The notes beneath the pieces were generated by a model, which saw nothing but the letters and a program-made list of their open reading frames with translations, was not told the DNA's origin and made no database searches. Below, one piece after another: positions 38,159 through 49,241 of a stretch of 64,000 bases of DNA. The position numbers and the translations under genes were made by a program. This DNA is from Candidatus Latescibacterota bacterium (lineage in GTDB: Bacteria > Latescibacterota > UBA2968), in assembly GCA_965205975.1 (NCBI GenBank), contig OZ242195.1, positions 4,736,001 to 4,800,000 of the forward strand, written 5' to 3'. How positions within the stretch are numbered: position 1 is the first letter of the stretch; every line of letters starts with the position of its first letter.

Positions 38159-39568
38159 CTATTTTGGCGTAATTTTTAGGACGAGCGCGTGGTCGCATGG
38201 TTTTTCTGCGGGGAGTTGGACTTTTAAGCCGCGCATTGTTTGCGACCATTTTAACGATCCTGCTCCTAACAGTTCGACTTTTTCGATTGGTTTGGTTAGC
38301 AGGCGCAGGGAAGAACCGAGCGATTGGATCGTTACTTCGTCTTTTTCGGGTATGGCCAATACGGTTGCGTAGAGCACATCTCCTCGCATGGTGAAGCGGA
38401 TGTCGCGTTCGCCAAACATCTGTCGCTTTGTGTCGGTGAATGAACCTGTTGTGACTTCTGTGGGACCTTCGCCAAATACTTTCCAGGGGCGCGAGTCGTA
38501 GATCGCTTCGCCGTTTGTGTTTAACCATTTGCCGATTGCGAGCAATAGGGCCTCTTCTTCTTCGGGGATGGTGCCATCGGCGCGTGGTCCCACGTTGAGC
38601 AAGAGTGCGCCGTTTTTGCTTACGATATCTACCAGATCGCCGATGAGTTGCGAGGCACTTTTGTATCCCCGTTCTTCTTCGATATATCCCCAGGACTTTT
38701 TGGCCACACAGGTGTCGGTTTGCCAGAAGTGGGGATTGATGTCGTCTAATTGCCCGCGCTCAATGTCGTAAACCGCGGCTTCTGGGGGAAAGGTCCCGTG
38801 TTTGTAATTGATCGCTACGCCGCGATCCCATTCGGCTCCGCGGTTGTAATAATAGGCTGCAAAACGCTGTACGTAAGACACGAAAGCGGGTTCTTGTATC
38901 CACCAGTCAAACCACACGATTTGCGGGTGGTATTTATCGACGAGTTCACAGGTGCGCGCGAGCCAGTCGTCTAAGAATTCTTCGTTGGGCTGGCTGTCTC
39001 TTGGTTGCGCGGGTCCGTATAAGCCCGCGTATTGTCCGTCCTGTACGTCGGAGTCAAATTGCATCCCGCCATCCATGAACCACCAGTGTTCTGCGCGGTG
39101 GGTCGATAATCCGAATACCAGCCATTGTTTGCGGACGGCTTCGGCGAGTTCGCCAATTAGATCGCGTTTGGGTCCCATTTTGCTCGCGCACCAGTCCGAT
39201 AGGGCGGTGTCGTACATGGCAAATCCATCGTGATGCTCGGCCACGGGGACGACAAAGCGGGCACCGGCCCGGCGGAATAAGTCTGCCCAGTGGTCGGGGT
39301 CGTATTTTTCCGCTTTGAACATGGGGATGAAGTCTTTGTATCCAAATTTGCTGTGTTCGCCATAGGTCGCTTTGTGATGCGCGAATTCTCTGGCGCCTTG
39401 TTGATACATGTTGCGGGGGTACCATTCGCTTCCATAAGCGGGGACAGAATACACGCCCCAGTGAATGAAGATGCCAAATTTGTCGTTCTGATACCAGTCG
39501 GGAACGCGATAATTTGAGAGCGAGTCCCAGTTCGGTTTAAAAGGTCCTTCGGGTAGTTGTATTGCCAT
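38159..39568 (-). CDS. Alpha-L-fucosidase (GH29)
   Basis: KFGIFIHWGVYSVP, AEHHDGF, WFDW, SKNGALLLNVGP motifs; start at MAIQL. Confidence 0.92.
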   Translation of the reverse strand: MAIQLPEGPFKPNWDSLSNYRVPDWYQNDKFGIFIHWGVYSVPAYGSEWYPRNMYQQGAREFAHHKATYGEHSKFGYKDFIPMFKAEKYDPDHWADLFRRAGARFVVPVAEHHDGFAMYDTALSDWCASKMGPKRDLIGELAEAVRKQWLVFGLSTHRAEHWWFMDGGMQFDSDVQDGQYAGLYGPAQPRDSQPNEEFLDDWLARTCELVDKYHPQIVWFDWWIQEPAFVSYVQRFAAYYYNRGAEWDRGVAINYKHGTFPPEAAVYDIERGQLDDINPHFWQTDTCVAKKSWGYIEEERGYKSASQLIGDLVDIVSKNGALLLNVGPRADGTIPEEEEALLLAIGKWLNTNGEAIYDSRPWKVFGEGPTEVTTGSFTDTKRQMFGERDIRFTMRGDVLYATVLAIPEKDEVTIQSLGSSLRLLTKPIEKVELLGAGSLKWSQTMRGLKVQLPAEKPCDHALVLKITPK

Positions 39569-39594
39569 GGTTTCTCCTGTGGATGATTGGTTTA

Positions 39595-40734
39595 TCAAAA
39601 TTCGACATAAGGCTCTGATTCTATGGGTGTGAATGGTTTGGGGGGATGTTTTGCTATGATATCTGCTTTTAAATCTACGCCCCAGCCAGGTCCTTCGGGT
39701 GGGACGCAATGGCCGTCGATTACTTCGATGGGTTGTGTGAGGACTTCGTTGTAGCGGTCGATGGACGATAGGAATATTTCCTGCATCAGGCTGTTGTGGA
39801 TGCAGAGGTCCAGGTGCAGGCTGGCGATGGTGGAGATCGGTCCGTTTGAGTTGTGCGGGGCTACGGTTACGTAATATGTTTCGGCCATTGCTGCAATTTT
39901 TTTGAGTTCGGTGATGCCGCCCGCGTGGCAGATGTCCGGCTGGATGATGCCCACGGCATTTAGTTCTAATAGTGAGCGGAATCCCCAACGGGTGTACAGT
40001 TGTTCGCCCGTTGCAATGGGTACGCGCACTTCATGGGCAAATTGGGCGAGGGCTTCGGGGTTGTCCCATAAGATGGGTTCTTCCATCCAGGCGATGTTGT
40101 ATGGTTCGAGTGCTTGTGCGACCCGGCGCGCACTCCAGATGTTTAATCGCGCGCGTATGTCAATGCCGATTTCGACTTGCGGTCCGGCGGCTTCTCGCGC
40201 GGCTTCTACGAGTGCGACGCCGTGTTCTATTCGGTCGATTTTTGCGACTTGTTCGCCGCGAAAGGGATAGAATTTTAAGGCTGTATAGCCCTGATCTACG
40301 ACCTGTTTTACGCCTTCGAAGATGGCTTTGGGGGTGTTTCCTTTTCTGGGCCAGCCGTTGGCGTACATGCGTATTTTGTCGTGGGATTTGCCGCCGAGCA
40401 ATTCATATACGGGTACGCCGAGTGCTTTGCCTTTGATGTCCCATAGGGCGAGGTCAATGGCGCTGATGGCACTGGTGGTTACGGGTCCGCCAGACCAGGT
40501 GACGCGCCGATAGAGGGATGTCCATAGTCGTTCGATTTCAAAGGGGTTTTTGCCGATTAAATATCGCTTGAATGCGCCAAATTCCGCTATTAGTCCTTCG
40601 TCTTTGTATTGCAAACTGGCTTCGCCCAGTCCGTATATGCCGGCGTCGGTTTCAATTTTTACAAATGTCCAGTTTGTCCCCCCACCCTGTCCCGGTGTGC
40701 CCATACGCATGACGTGTAGATCAGTGATTTTCAT
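39595..40734 (-). CDS. Mandelate racemase/enolase-superfamily acid-sugar dehydratase (galactonate dehydratase-like)
   Basis: ALWDIKGK, WMEEP, ATGE, QPDICHAGG, APHN motifs. Confidence 0.88.
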   Translation of the reverse strand: MKITDLHVMRMGTPGQGGGTNWTFVKIETDAGIYGLGEASLQYKDEGLIAEFGAFKRYLIGKNPFEIERLWTSLYRRVTWSGGPVTTSAISAIDLALWDIKGKALGVPVYELLGGKSHDKIRMYANGWPRKGNTPKAIFEGVKQVVDQGYTALKFYPFRGEQVAKIDRIEHGVALVEAAREAAGPQVEIGIDIRARLNIWSARRVAQALEPYNIAWMEEPILWDNPEALAQFAHEVRVPIATGEQLYTRWGFRSLLELNAVGIIQPDICHAGGITELKKIAAMAETYYVTVAPHNSNGPISTIASLHLDLCIHNSLMQEIFLSSIDRYNEVLTQPIEVIDGHCVPPEGPGWGVDLKADIIAKHPPKPFTPIESEPYVEF

Positions 40735-40744
40735 TTGTGCTCCT

Positions 40745-42010
40745 TTATTCTTTGACGGCGATAGCTATTTCCTCTGGTTTGTCCAGTTGCGGGATCCACT
40801 CATAAGGCACGCGATAAGCGCGATAGCACGTTTCGCGAGGGCTGATAAATTCCCATACAATTTCGAGTTTGGGAGTGACTTCAAAAAGCCGACCTCCCGC
40901 GCCTTCGCAAATCAGTGTATTGCCATTGGGCAGGCGCTGTGCAGAACTCCACGGTCGGCTATAAAAACGACAGGCGCGGATCCGGTCGCCATCCGCCTTG
41001 AGCGCGGAATACTCCCACACGAGTTCCAGTGTTATTGGATCGAATTCTACCACACGAGAATAATCTCGTACCGCGTTCATCTTCCCGTTGGGAGCACCTG
41101 GATTCGGTGCGCCATATCCAGCAGCACCGCCATTGTCGAATACCAGGATGTTTCCTTCACCGGGCAAGCCTTTTGGTATCATGTGTGCGTGATGCAGTCC
41201 AATGATCCAGCCCAATGCCCGCAGTTCGGATGTCAGTGAATAATCCGGCCCGACTTTCCACGCGATTTTACCAGTTTCTTTGCTGATTATTGCGATTGTG
41301 TTGGTGTGTCGTCCATCCCAAATAAAATTATCTGGATGAAATCGCTCGTCGCCAGCATCATACCATTTGTTTGGTCCCAAATAGGATACGCTGTTGGAAT
41401 GTACCCAGTCATAGGGATCTGCTCCGACGCGTCCTCCCCGGTAAATCGCATTTTTTGCTTCTTCGCTGAAATCCATTTCATCAAAGTGATCCACGCTTTG
41501 CCATTCCCACACGGTGTCGCCGTCCCAGTTTACTTCCAGAATACAATCGCCATGCAGCACCCCGGGTGCGATATGTGGTCTTTCCACTTCTTTTGCTGCG
41601 AGCACTATTGTATTTCCGCCTTCTATAATGGGATCTAAACCCGGCGCGTAATACCCGGTGGGGCTGCCCTCGCGCTCAAAATCGTGGTGTTGTTTGGCGG
41701 ACCAGATTTTTTTATTATCAATTTCGATTTGCTCGGTTTTATTGTAGTGCCAGACTTCATTCCCATCCCAATCTATCTGAACGAGTTCGCGTCCCCGTTC
41801 CATGCGGGGGCCGTTGTATCGCCGGTCACCGAGAATCTGCCCCCCAGGCATTATTTTGCCCAGTTGTGACAGATCAAAATGCTTTACCAGGTTGCCGTTC
41901 ATGTCAATTATCTCACCGCCAGCATAGACGGTATAACCATTCCAGCTACGGTCGGGGTCGTAAACAGATATACCAACCGGTCGGGGAACACCCGTTACGC
42001 GTGATGCCAT
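40745..42010 (-). CDS. Aryl-sulfate sulfotransferase (ASST)-like beta-propeller
   Basis: QHHD, DWVHSNS, LVFDNG, SSAQRLPNGNTLI motifs. Confidence 0.85.
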   Translation of the reverse strand: MASRVTGVPRPVGISVYDPDRSWNGYTVYAGGEIIDMNGNLVKHFDLSQLGKIMPGGQILGDRRYNGPRMERGRELVQIDWDGNEVWHYNKTEQIEIDNKKIWSAKQHHDFEREGSPTGYYAPGLDPIIEGGNTIVLAAKEVERPHIAPGVLHGDCILEVNWDGDTVWEWQSVDHFDEMDFSEEAKNAIYRGGRVGADPYDWVHSNSVSYLGPNKWYDAGDERFHPDNFIWDGRHTNTIAIISKETGKIAWKVGPDYSLTSELRALGWIIGLHHAHMIPKGLPGEGNILVFDNGGAAGYGAPNPGAPNGKMNAVRDYSRVVEFDPITLELVWEYSALKADGDRIRACRFYSRPWSSAQRLPNGNTLICEGAGGRLFEVTPKLEIVWEFISPRETCYRAYRVPYEWIPQLDKPEEIAIAVKE

Positions 42011-42036
42011 TTCTAAACTCCTTCTGTATCCACTTT

Positions 42037-42294
42037 TTATCGATATCTTTCCTCAAGATAGCGATAATAGTCCTCTTCATCTACTTTTGCACCTTTCAGC
42101 GCACCCTTCAAAGACTCTGTAATGGGGCCATATTTTTTTTCTAAGGGCGGTTTCTGTTTGCTCTTTTCCAATCTATCCAAAAATTTGAAATAATCTGCAA
42201 CGAGCTTTGAAACAGATTTTCCGCGTTTCTTCGCATGTGCTTTCGCATGTGCAATCAATTTATCATCCATCTGCAATGTGAGTCTGGTCTGCAT
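42037..42294 (-). CDS. DUF6364-like ribbon-helix-helix antitoxin, orphan
   Basis: MQTRLTL..D..LI..AK..A...GKSVSKLV.DYF; C-terminal YLEERY. Confidence 0.75.
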   Translation of the reverse strand: MQTRLTLQMDDKLIAHAKAHAKKRGKSVSKLVADYFKFLDRLEKSKQKPPLEKKYGPITESLKGALKGAKVDEEDYYRYLEERYR

Positions 42295-42358
42295 TATGAT
42301 CTCCTTTCTGGATATATAAACTACGAAAAGCGAGATGTGATTGTATAGTCCCAGGTGG

Positions 42359-44101
42359 CTAAGCGGGACTGATTCTCTTTACATAAACATAGTAGGCACC
42401 GGGGGGCGCGTCAATGCCATCGTCAAAATAGGTTTGTACACGAGTTGAGCCTTTTTTGAGTGATAATTGAAAGGCAATGCATTTGTCTTCTTCGCTGACT
42501 GCTTTTTGTTGGACGATGTCGCCTACTTGTAATTTTGCCGTTTTGATGGCGAGTGTTTCTCCCGGTAATAGATCATCTACATAAGGTACGCCGGTTCTGC
42601 CCGGTAGTGCGGCGCAGATCGGTGTGTCGATTTCAATGGGCCAGCGGCGAAGTTCGAATTCGTATTCTCCGTCTTGTTCAATGTCGATGGCCCAGTATCC
42701 GTTGTCTCGCTCTTTTTGGCGTACATGCCGCTGGCTGTAGATCCCTTCTTTTCCGTGCCAACTGTGTGCGGTTAGCGTTGTGGGGTTTTCGCGATTTGAT
42801 CCGATTGTGATTTCGCTGTATTCGCCAAATCGCCGGGAGATGTCAGTCCACCAATTTTCATACGCTTCGCGCAGTGTTTGTACGATTTCGGGATGGCGTT
42901 CTGCTATGTCACGCTTTTGCTCGGGGTCGCGTTTGTGGTCAAATAGTTCATGTTGTGGCTCGCGCCAGACTCCCGTGTGTACGAGTCGCCAGCAGTCGGT
43001 CATAGCGGCAAAGTCTTTGTATTTTTTGGGGTGGTCAATTTGCTGCTGGTGTACGAATAGGGTGCGCTCGGGCCAGTCGTTAGAGGCGTTGTTCAATAGG
43101 GGTGTGAGGCTGGTGCCGTCGAATTTCGCGTCTGGTGGGTTCAGTTCGCAGAGGTCGATTAGTGTGGGCATTATGTCGATGTGTGCGGTTAGATGTTCGA
43201 TATCGCGTCCGCCTGTCAGTTTTCCGGCGGGCCAGTGTATAAAGCACGCGTTGCGATGGCCGCCATCATAGACCCACGTTTTTTTTCCGCGCATGCCCGC
43301 GTTATATCCATCTGTTGGATATCCTTCTGCGGTTATTCCCGTTCCCATGGATGTGCCGTTGTCTCCCATGAAGATGAGTATGGTGTTTTCTGTTAGATCA
43401 TTGTCCGCGAGCCACTGGCGGAGGCGTCCGATGTTTTCGTCGATGTTTGCGATCATGCCGAAAAATCGCGCGCGTTGTTTCGGTATGCCCTGTTGCAAAT
43501 AAGGTGCGCTGTATTTTTCGTGTACGTTGAATGGGCCATGGGGGGCGTTGGTTGAAATGTAGCAGAAGAATGGGGTTTCATCCGCCTCCATAAATTGCAT
43601 GGCTTCGTTGAACCATACGTCTGTGCAATAACGGGCGTGCGGTTCGGGTATGCCGCTTCGGAGGTATGTGGCGGTAAAGTTGTCGTTGTCCCAGTAGTCC
43701 GGGATTTCTCCTACTACGCCGCCGCCAAAGCTCAGGGATTCACGAAATCCCCGATCAAAGGGGCGATAGGGATAGTTGTCGCCCAGATGCCATTTGCCAA
43801 AGATGCCGGTTCGATAGCCCGAGTCCGCAAATATGTCGGCGATGGTGATTTCGTCCCGGCGCATGATATACCGGCCTCGCAGGGTGCTCCATACGCCGGT
43901 GCGCGCGGCATATCGCCCGGTCATGAGCGCGGCTCTTGTGGGCGAGCACATGGCATCTACGTGATAGTCGGTCAGGCGCACGCTCTGGTCGTATAATTGA
44001 TCCAGGTGTGGTGTTTTCAATACGGGATTGCCCGTGCAACTCAAGTCCCCATATCCCTGATCGTCGGTTAAGATCAGGATTACATTGGGGCGTTCTGTCA
44101 T
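42359..44101 (-). CDS. Arylsulfatase
   Basis: [32 protein letters not shown] motifs. Confidence 0.93.
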   Translation of the reverse strand: MTERPNVILILTDDQGYGDLSCTGNPVLKTPHLDQLYDQSVRLTDYHVDAMCSPTRAALMTGRYAARTGVWSTLRGRYIMRRDEITIADIFADSGYRTGIFGKWHLGDNYPYRPFDRGFRESLSFGGGVVGEIPDYWDNDNFTATYLRSGIPEPHARYCTDVWFNEAMQFMEADETPFFCYISTNAPHGPFNVHEKYSAPYLQQGIPKQRARFFGMIANIDENIGRLRQWLADNDLTENTILIFMGDNGTSMGTGITAEGYPTDGYNAGMRGKKTWVYDGGHRNACFIHWPAGKLTGGRDIEHLTAHIDIMPTLIDLCELNPPDAKFDGTSLTPLLNNASNDWPERTLFVHQQQIDHPKKYKDFAAMTDCWRLVHTGVWREPQHELFDHKRDPEQKRDIAERHPEIVQTLREAYENWWTDISRRFGEYSEITIGSNRENPTTLTAHSWHGKEGIYSQRHVRQKERDNGYWAIDIEQDGEYEFELRRWPIEIDTPICAALPGRTGVPYVDDLLPGETLAIKTAKLQVGDIVQQKAVSEEDKCIAFQLSLKKGSTRVQTYFDDGIDAPPGAYYVYVKRISPA

Positions 44102-45060
44102 AGGCGAGATTCCTTATATGGACTGAGGTCCATTTCTGGATAGGCGTTTTTGATGAGGTTAAGCGTTTCTGGCGTGTAAAAGTCGTCGCCGGGGTTGGGC
44201 CAGCCAAAGAGGCTGCGTGCTCTTGCGGTGGTTTTTGTCAGGAAGGGACGCAGGCGTCCGCGTTCTTGTATGTCTCGTTTTTCCGTGAGTGTCCAGGTGC
44301 TGGTGTCTCTGCGGCCCACTGCGTAGAAGAGGACTGCGCGTTGTTTTCTGGGGTTGGTGAATGCCTGTGCTGAATGGGGCGTGTGTGAGCTGTAAAAGAG
44401 TACGGTTCCGGCTTTTCCCGTGGCGGTGACGGGTTCGAATTTGAAGGGGAGTTTGCGGATGTCGTCAAAGCGATAAGATGCGTGTTCTGTGCCGAGTGGG
44501 TCGCGGATGAGTTTGTTCATTTTGCTGTGTGCACCGGGCAATACGCGGACCGGGGCGCAGTCTGCGTCGTTGTCGGTTAAATAAACCCAGGCCTGGATAT
44601 GGCCGTAGCGTTGCCATTCCGGGTGCGGGGGGAGCAGGGGTTTTGCCCAGTCGATGTGGAAGCCCTGCCAGGGTTCTCTTGGGGTTCCCCGGTCCAGGCG
44701 TCCGCTGCGGGCATAGACAAAGCCGTGGTGGTAGTGCAGGTCGGGTGTGTCTAAGAGTTGGGAGAGGGCGTCTAAAAAGGGTTCGTGTTCAAGGGTGCGG
44801 TCAATGGCGTCAATTCCCGTTGGAATGTCGTGAAATTGCGCGCGGGGTCCGCCAAAGCTGCGACGGCCTTTTGGTCTGATGAGTGTTTCTGCTATTTCGG
44901 GATGGGCGTCTATTTCGGCGTTGAATTCTTCGTGAGATTTGCCGTAGGCATTTTGTTCTGCGACTTCGAGCGCGGGTGCCAATTGCTCTTTTGAGAAGAG
45001 GTTGGGGGCTAAGAGATAGCCGTTGCGCTGGTATGATTCACATTGTTCAGGGGTCAACAT
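44098..45060 (-). CDS. PhyH-family dioxygenase (HxD)
   Basis: NGYL, FHID, WVYLTD, GKAGT....H motifs. Confidence 0.82.
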   Translation of the reverse strand: MLTPEQCESYQRNGYLLAPNLFSKEQLAPALEVAEQNAYGKSHEEFNAEIDAHPEIAETLIRPKGRRSFGGPRAQFHDIPTGIDAIDRTLEHEPFLDALSQLLDTPDLHYHHGFVYARSGRLDRGTPREPWQGFHIDWAKPLLPPHPEWQRYGHIQAWVYLTDNDADCAPVRVLPGAHSKMNKLIRDPLGTEHASYRFDDIRKLPFKFEPVTATGKAGTVLFYSSHTPHSAQAFTNPRKQRAVLFYAVGRRDTSTWTLTEKRDIQERGRLRPFLTKTTARARSLFGWPNPGDDFYTPETLNLIKNAYPEMDLSPYKESRL

Positions 45061-45072
45061 TTTCGATCTCCT

Positions 45073-45873
45073 TTATCCTGAGATTACGGGATGCAGGGGG
45101 TGTTCCCAGGGTTTGCCGATTTCCATTTCGTCTTGCGCGCCCGCTGCATCGTTTTTGCCGGTGAAGAGGACGTAGTCGGGTATGTAGATGATGGCGAATG
45201 CGCGGCGGGGTTTGTCGCTGAGGTTTGGTCCTGCATAGTGGAAGTTGCATCCGTGGTGGAAGGTGACGCCGCCGGATGGTAGTTCTATGGTTTCCGGTTC
45301 GGCGACTTTGTGTCCGCGTTCTTCCATTTTTTGGACGATGCTTTCGCCTTGTATGGTCAGGCTCACGCTTTCTTGTTTGCCGAATTTGTGGCTTCCGGGG
45401 ACAAAGTGCATGCAGCCGTTTTTGACATAGACATCATCGATTGCGATCCAGGCGGAGAGTGCGCCCGGGCGGTCCATGCCAGACCAGTAAGGGAAGTCCT
45501 GGTGCCAGTTGGTCTCCCGGCTTTTGACGCCGGGTGGTTTTATGAGTGCGTGGTCGTGATAAATGCGGATTTGTTTGGCTTGTGATAGTCGGCGGGCGGA
45601 TTCTGCGAGGCGTTTGTTCAGGGCGATTTTTCGCGCGCCTGCATAGTCGGTCCAGAGGTTGACCATTTGATTGAATACGAGTTCGTATTCGGGTCTGCCT
45701 CGTCCCGCGTTTTCTGCGCCTTTGATTCTGGCGCGGTTGATTGCTACGGCGTGGTCGAGCGCGTCTGCCAGTTCCCGGAGGTCTTCGGGATTGAAGAAGT
45801 TGGGATAGCTGATGAAGCCCTTTTTTTGATATTGCGCGATGTCTTCAGGGGTTGTGGGGCAGTCTGCGGTCAT
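45073..45873 (-). CDS. PhyH-family dioxygenase (HxD)
   Basis: KPP...WHQDF, WIAIDD, GC..FVPGSH, PN.S..PRR motifs. Confidence 0.9.
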   Translation of the reverse strand: MTADCPTTPEDIAQYQKKGFISYPNFFNPEDLRELADALDHAVAINRARIKGAENAGRGRPEYELVFNQMVNLWTDYAGARKIALNKRLAESARRLSQAKQIRIYHDHALIKPPGVKSRETNWHQDFPYWSGMDRPGALSAWIAIDDVYVKNGCMHFVPGSHKFGKQESVSLTIQGESIVQKMEERGHKVAEPETIELPSGGVTFHHGCNFHYAGPNLSDKPRRAFAIIYIPDYVLFTGKNDAAGAQDEMEIGKPWEHPLHPVISG

Positions 45874-45887
45874 TGCTGTTCCTCCAG

Positions 45888-46916
45888 TTATTGATTTTGC
45901 AGTATTTCTGCTACTTCTACCATTTGTCCGCCGCGTTGTGCCGATAAATATGCCGCATCGACAATTTGCATGGTATATAAATTTCCTCGCCCACTGTGCA
46001 TGGGTTCTGTGCCGCGCCGCGCGGAGTCCATCAGGTGATTCATGCTTTCACCCATTGCGTGCGTGAAAGCTCCTTCGCGATGAAATTTGCGTGTTTCTTT
46101 TTTTCCGTTCAGGGGATGGATGTGCAATGTGGCTGTGTCGTCAAGTACGACTTTTTTGACGGATAGTACCGAGCCTTTTGTGGCGTCTATGCGCAATCGA
46201 CATTCCGATAGGGTTAAGCCATGCCAGTTGGATATCATGGTGCCGACGACGCCATTTTCAAATTGTACTGTCAAGCTGGTAAAGGTTTCGCCTTTGACGT
46301 CTGGATTCCAATGGCGCGTTACGGCTGATACGCTTTGGGGAGGACTATCTGCCAATGTGCGGATGCGGTCGATGAGGTGGATGCTAAAGATGCTGATTTC
46401 CAGGTGCTGCTCCTGGCTTCGCCACCCGCGCACTCGCGTCCGATTTTTTAGTTCGTCGTGTGATATATAACGTATGTCGCCAATATCACCCGAGTTGACG
46501 ATATCGCGCATTGCGACGATGTCTTCCATGAACCCCAATTGATGGTTGACCGCCAGGGTTACGCCCGCTTTTTCCGCTGCTTCGACAAAGGAGACTGCAT
46601 CGCACAATGTTTCGCCAAAGGGTTTTTCGACGAGGAGATGGATTCCTTTTTCAATTGCGGGGAAGATTACGTCGTGGCGCACAGCAGGGGGTGTTAACAG
46701 GCTGATGACGTCAACTTCGCCCGATGCGATCATTTCTGCCGCATTTGTAAAGCGGTTGGGTATGTCGTATTGGTCGCAATATCTATTCAGTTGCTCTTTG
46801 TCTATGTCGCATCCTGCGACGACTTCTCCCAGGTCGTGCGCGACTTTCCGATATCCCGCAATGTGCCGATTTGCTATCCCGCCACATCCTACAATTCCAA
46901 TCCGATATCCGTTCAT
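45888..46916 (-). CDS. Gfo/Idh/MocA family oxidoreductase
   Basis: GIVGCGGIA, EKP, IHLID motifs. Confidence 0.9.
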   Translation of the reverse strand: MNGYRIGIVGCGGIANRHIAGYRKVAHDLGEVVAGCDIDKEQLNRYCDQYDIPNRFTNAAEMIASGEVDVISLLTPPAVRHDVIFPAIEKGIHLLVEKPFGETLCDAVSFVEAAEKAGVTLAVNHQLGFMEDIVAMRDIVNSGDIGDIRYISHDELKNRTRVRGWRSQEQHLEISIFSIHLIDRIRTLADSPPQSVSAVTRHWNPDVKGETFTSLTVQFENGVVGTMISNWHGLTLSECRLRIDATKGSVLSVKKVVLDDTATLHIHPLNGKKETRKFHREGAFTHAMGESMNHLMDSARRGTEPMHSGRGNLYTMQIVDAAYLSAQRGGQMVEVAEILQNQ

Positions 46917-46928
46917 ATACGAGGTTCC

Positions 46929-48317
46929 TTATAATTCAGGTGCGCCGTGATTCCACGCGATATAAGACCGCGGGCTTAATTCAATTAGTTTGTCCAGTAA
47001 GCGTTTTTGCAATTTGGATTTTAACGCTGTTAATTCCTGGCGGTCCCACAGGTTTTCTTTTTCCCAGGGATCGTTTTTCAGGTCGTAGAGTTCGCCATAG
47101 GGTTTGTTCCAATAATGCCCTATTTTCCAGCGCCGGGTGCGCAAACACCGAATGCCCGATGCTTCCATGTACAATTCGTCTCGGTCGTCCAGGTCTTCCG
47201 CGTGGGACCAATAATGCGAGAGGTCGCGCGAAGCCATGTGTTCGGGTACTTCTGCGTCTGCAGCGGTCAGACAGGTGGCTGCAATATCAATTGCCGAGAT
47301 GAGAGATGATTCCTGTTTTCCGCGTACGCCGCCTTTGGGGGGTTTGATTACAAAGGGTATGCGCATGAGTACTTCCATGATGTTTTGCCCTTTTGCCATG
47401 AGCTGGAAGTCGCCCATGAAATCGCCGTGGTCGCTGGTGAAGAATATGAGGGTGTTGTCATAGGTGCCGCTATTTTTTAGCGCCTGTACGATTGCGCCGA
47501 TTTTTTCGTCTATGAGTGTTACGTTTGCGTAATAAGCGTGCCGAAGTTTGCGTATTTCATCGTTTGTAAAAGGCTGTTGGCGCTCGGGTCCACCTCGCAA
47601 TGAATTGTGCGGGGGTTTTTGTGCCAGCATCTCAAAATTTGTCTCTGGCATGTCGATGTCTGTCGGATCGTACAGGTCGGCCTGGGGGAGATTGCCACAG
47701 TCGATTGGTCCGTGGGGACCTGGAAATGAGATCCAGCAAAACCAGGGGCGATTTTCGGGCCTGCCGCTTTCAATCCATTCGCGACCCCGGTCGCCCACGT
47801 AGTGATCGACGTGGTATTTTGGGTCTGCCTTCCATTCCGAATATCTTCTGATGTCGGGATTTCCCTGTATTAATTCGCTGCGGTGCTTAAACCCGGAGTC
47901 CCACAACCACTGATTGTAGGAGTTGCGGTCTGGATTCTGAGGCGCGGGGCTGTGGCTGTCTATAATATCTTCGTAGTTATAACCCCGTTCAATTTTTGAT
48001 TCGCCAAAGTGCTGTTTGCCAATGACTGCCGTGTAATATCCCGCTTCCTGCAGATAACTCATGAATGTCTTTTCGTGCGCTGGCAAATAGGTGATAAAGG
48101 TGGGTGCCGCGCACTGGTGTGGATATTTTCCCGTGAATATTCCTGCCCGTGCGGGTACACACGATGGATTGGGCGTATATGCCCGGGTGAAGAGAACGCC
48201 ATCATCGGCCAGCGCGTCTATATGCGGTGTTTTTACCGCGGGATTTACACATCCCAGATGGTCAAATCGCTGCTCATCGGTCATTATGAACAGGATATTT
48301 GGTCGGTTTTCGGCCAT
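46929..48317 (-). CDS. Sulfatase
   Basis: PNILFIMTDEQ, CVPAR, GKQH, SDHGD motifs. Confidence 0.92.
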   Translation of the reverse strand: MAENRPNILFIMTDEQRFDHLGCVNPAVKTPHIDALADDGVLFTRAYTPNPSCVPARAGIFTGKYPHQCAAPTFITYLPAHEKTFMSYLQEAGYYTAVIGKQHFGESKIERGYNYEDIIDSHSPAPQNPDRNSYNQWLWDSGFKHRSELIQGNPDIRRYSEWKADPKYHVDHYVGDRGREWIESGRPENRPWFCWISFPGPHGPIDCGNLPQADLYDPTDIDMPETNFEMLAQKPPHNSLRGGPERQQPFTNDEIRKLRHAYYANVTLIDEKIGAIVQALKNSGTYDNTLIFFTSDHGDFMGDFQLMAKGQNIMEVLMRIPFVIKPPKGGVRGKQESSLISAIDIAATCLTAADAEVPEHMASRDLSHYWSHAEDLDDRDELYMEASGIRCLRTRRWKIGHYWNKPYGELYDLKNDPWEKENLWDRQELTALKSKLQKRLLDKLIELSPRSYIAWNHGAPEL

Positions 48318-48324
48318 GATGTTC

Positions 48325-49224
48325 TCACCTGACGACATTTTGACCGGCAAATCGCTCTCTGAACAGGGTCTGGCGAATTGGGGGCATGGCGTTCAGGATG
48401 CGGGGGTCTGGTCTCAGCAATCTGGCATGACCGCCATCTACGAAGTTGTAGAGGTTGGCAATGGCAATGCGGTCGTTTTCTTCATTGGTCCACTGATGCG
48501 CGCTGTGTGTTGTTGCTTCTGCGAAAAACAGGACTGAGCCTGCCGGGCAGGAATAGGTCGTCCAGATGCTGGAGTCGGGGTCTTGAATTTCGTCGGGCGC
48601 GGTGTACACAGCTTTGTGGCTGCCCGTTACGAGTAGTGTGCCGCCCCGTTTGTGTTTGACGGGGTTCAATTCCCAGATCACGCGCGTATGTGGGCTGTTG
48701 GCTTTGCCGGGAAAGGCGTTGTAATAGTGCGCGTCGCCGGGCAGGCGATATAGTCCATTGCCATTGTGTGGGCTAAACTGACGGGCTTCTCTTTTGCCTT
48801 CATTTTGTCGGCTGGGTGCGGTTCTATACCAGAGTCCATTGGCGGCCAGACTGAATCCATAACAATTGGGGCTTGATAGGCGGGGATTGGCCATGAATTC
48901 GTTCATCATGCCGACTACCAGAGGGTGGTCTATCAATTTCTGTGTGGGACCTGCCAGCGGGGTGCGTTCGTATTCGGGGAGCGATTGGGGGTCTAAGTGC
49001 AGTTGAATACAATATTCCCGCATTTCTACGATGTCCTGTTCGCTCAATACGCCGGGGACTAAGAGCCACCCGTCTTTGTCAAACCGGTATTTCTGCTCTG
49101 TGGTCGGTTCGATGATGTCTAACCCATCGCCGTTTTTCTTTGGCAATGTATCTGAGTAGTCGTCCATTGGGCTGCCCAGATTTTTGTCGATGATATAAGG
49201 TGTTACTGTTCCGTTGCTGTCCAT
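48325..49224 (-). CDS. PhyH-family protein, HxG variant
   Basis: FDKDGWL, PHNG, GSHKA, PAGSVLFF.EA.TH motifs. Confidence 0.8.
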   Translation of the reverse strand: MDSNGTVTPYIIDKNLGSPMDDYSDTLPKKNGDGLDIIEPTTEQKYRFDKDGWLLVPGVLSEQDIVEMREYCIQLHLDPQSLPEYERTPLAGPTQKLIDHPLVVGMMNEFMANPRLSSPNCYGFSLAANGLWYRTAPSRQNEGKREARQFSPHNGNGLYRLPGDAHYYNAFPGKANSPHTRVIWELNPVKHKRGGTLLVTGSHKAVYTAPDEIQDPDSSIWTTYSCPAGSVLFFAEATTHSAHQWTNEENDRIAIANLYNFVDGGHARLLRPDPRILNAMPPIRQTLFRERFAGQNVVR

Positions 49225-49241
49225 GTCGATCTCCTTTTTAA

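Noticed and set aside
38100..39988. Long N-terminal extensions on the GH32 and GH29 ORFs, and likewise on GHL6, PhyH 32974 and the heparinase-like ORF
   Set aside because: Extensions overlap neighbouring genes or repeats; downstream ATGs fit the family starts better
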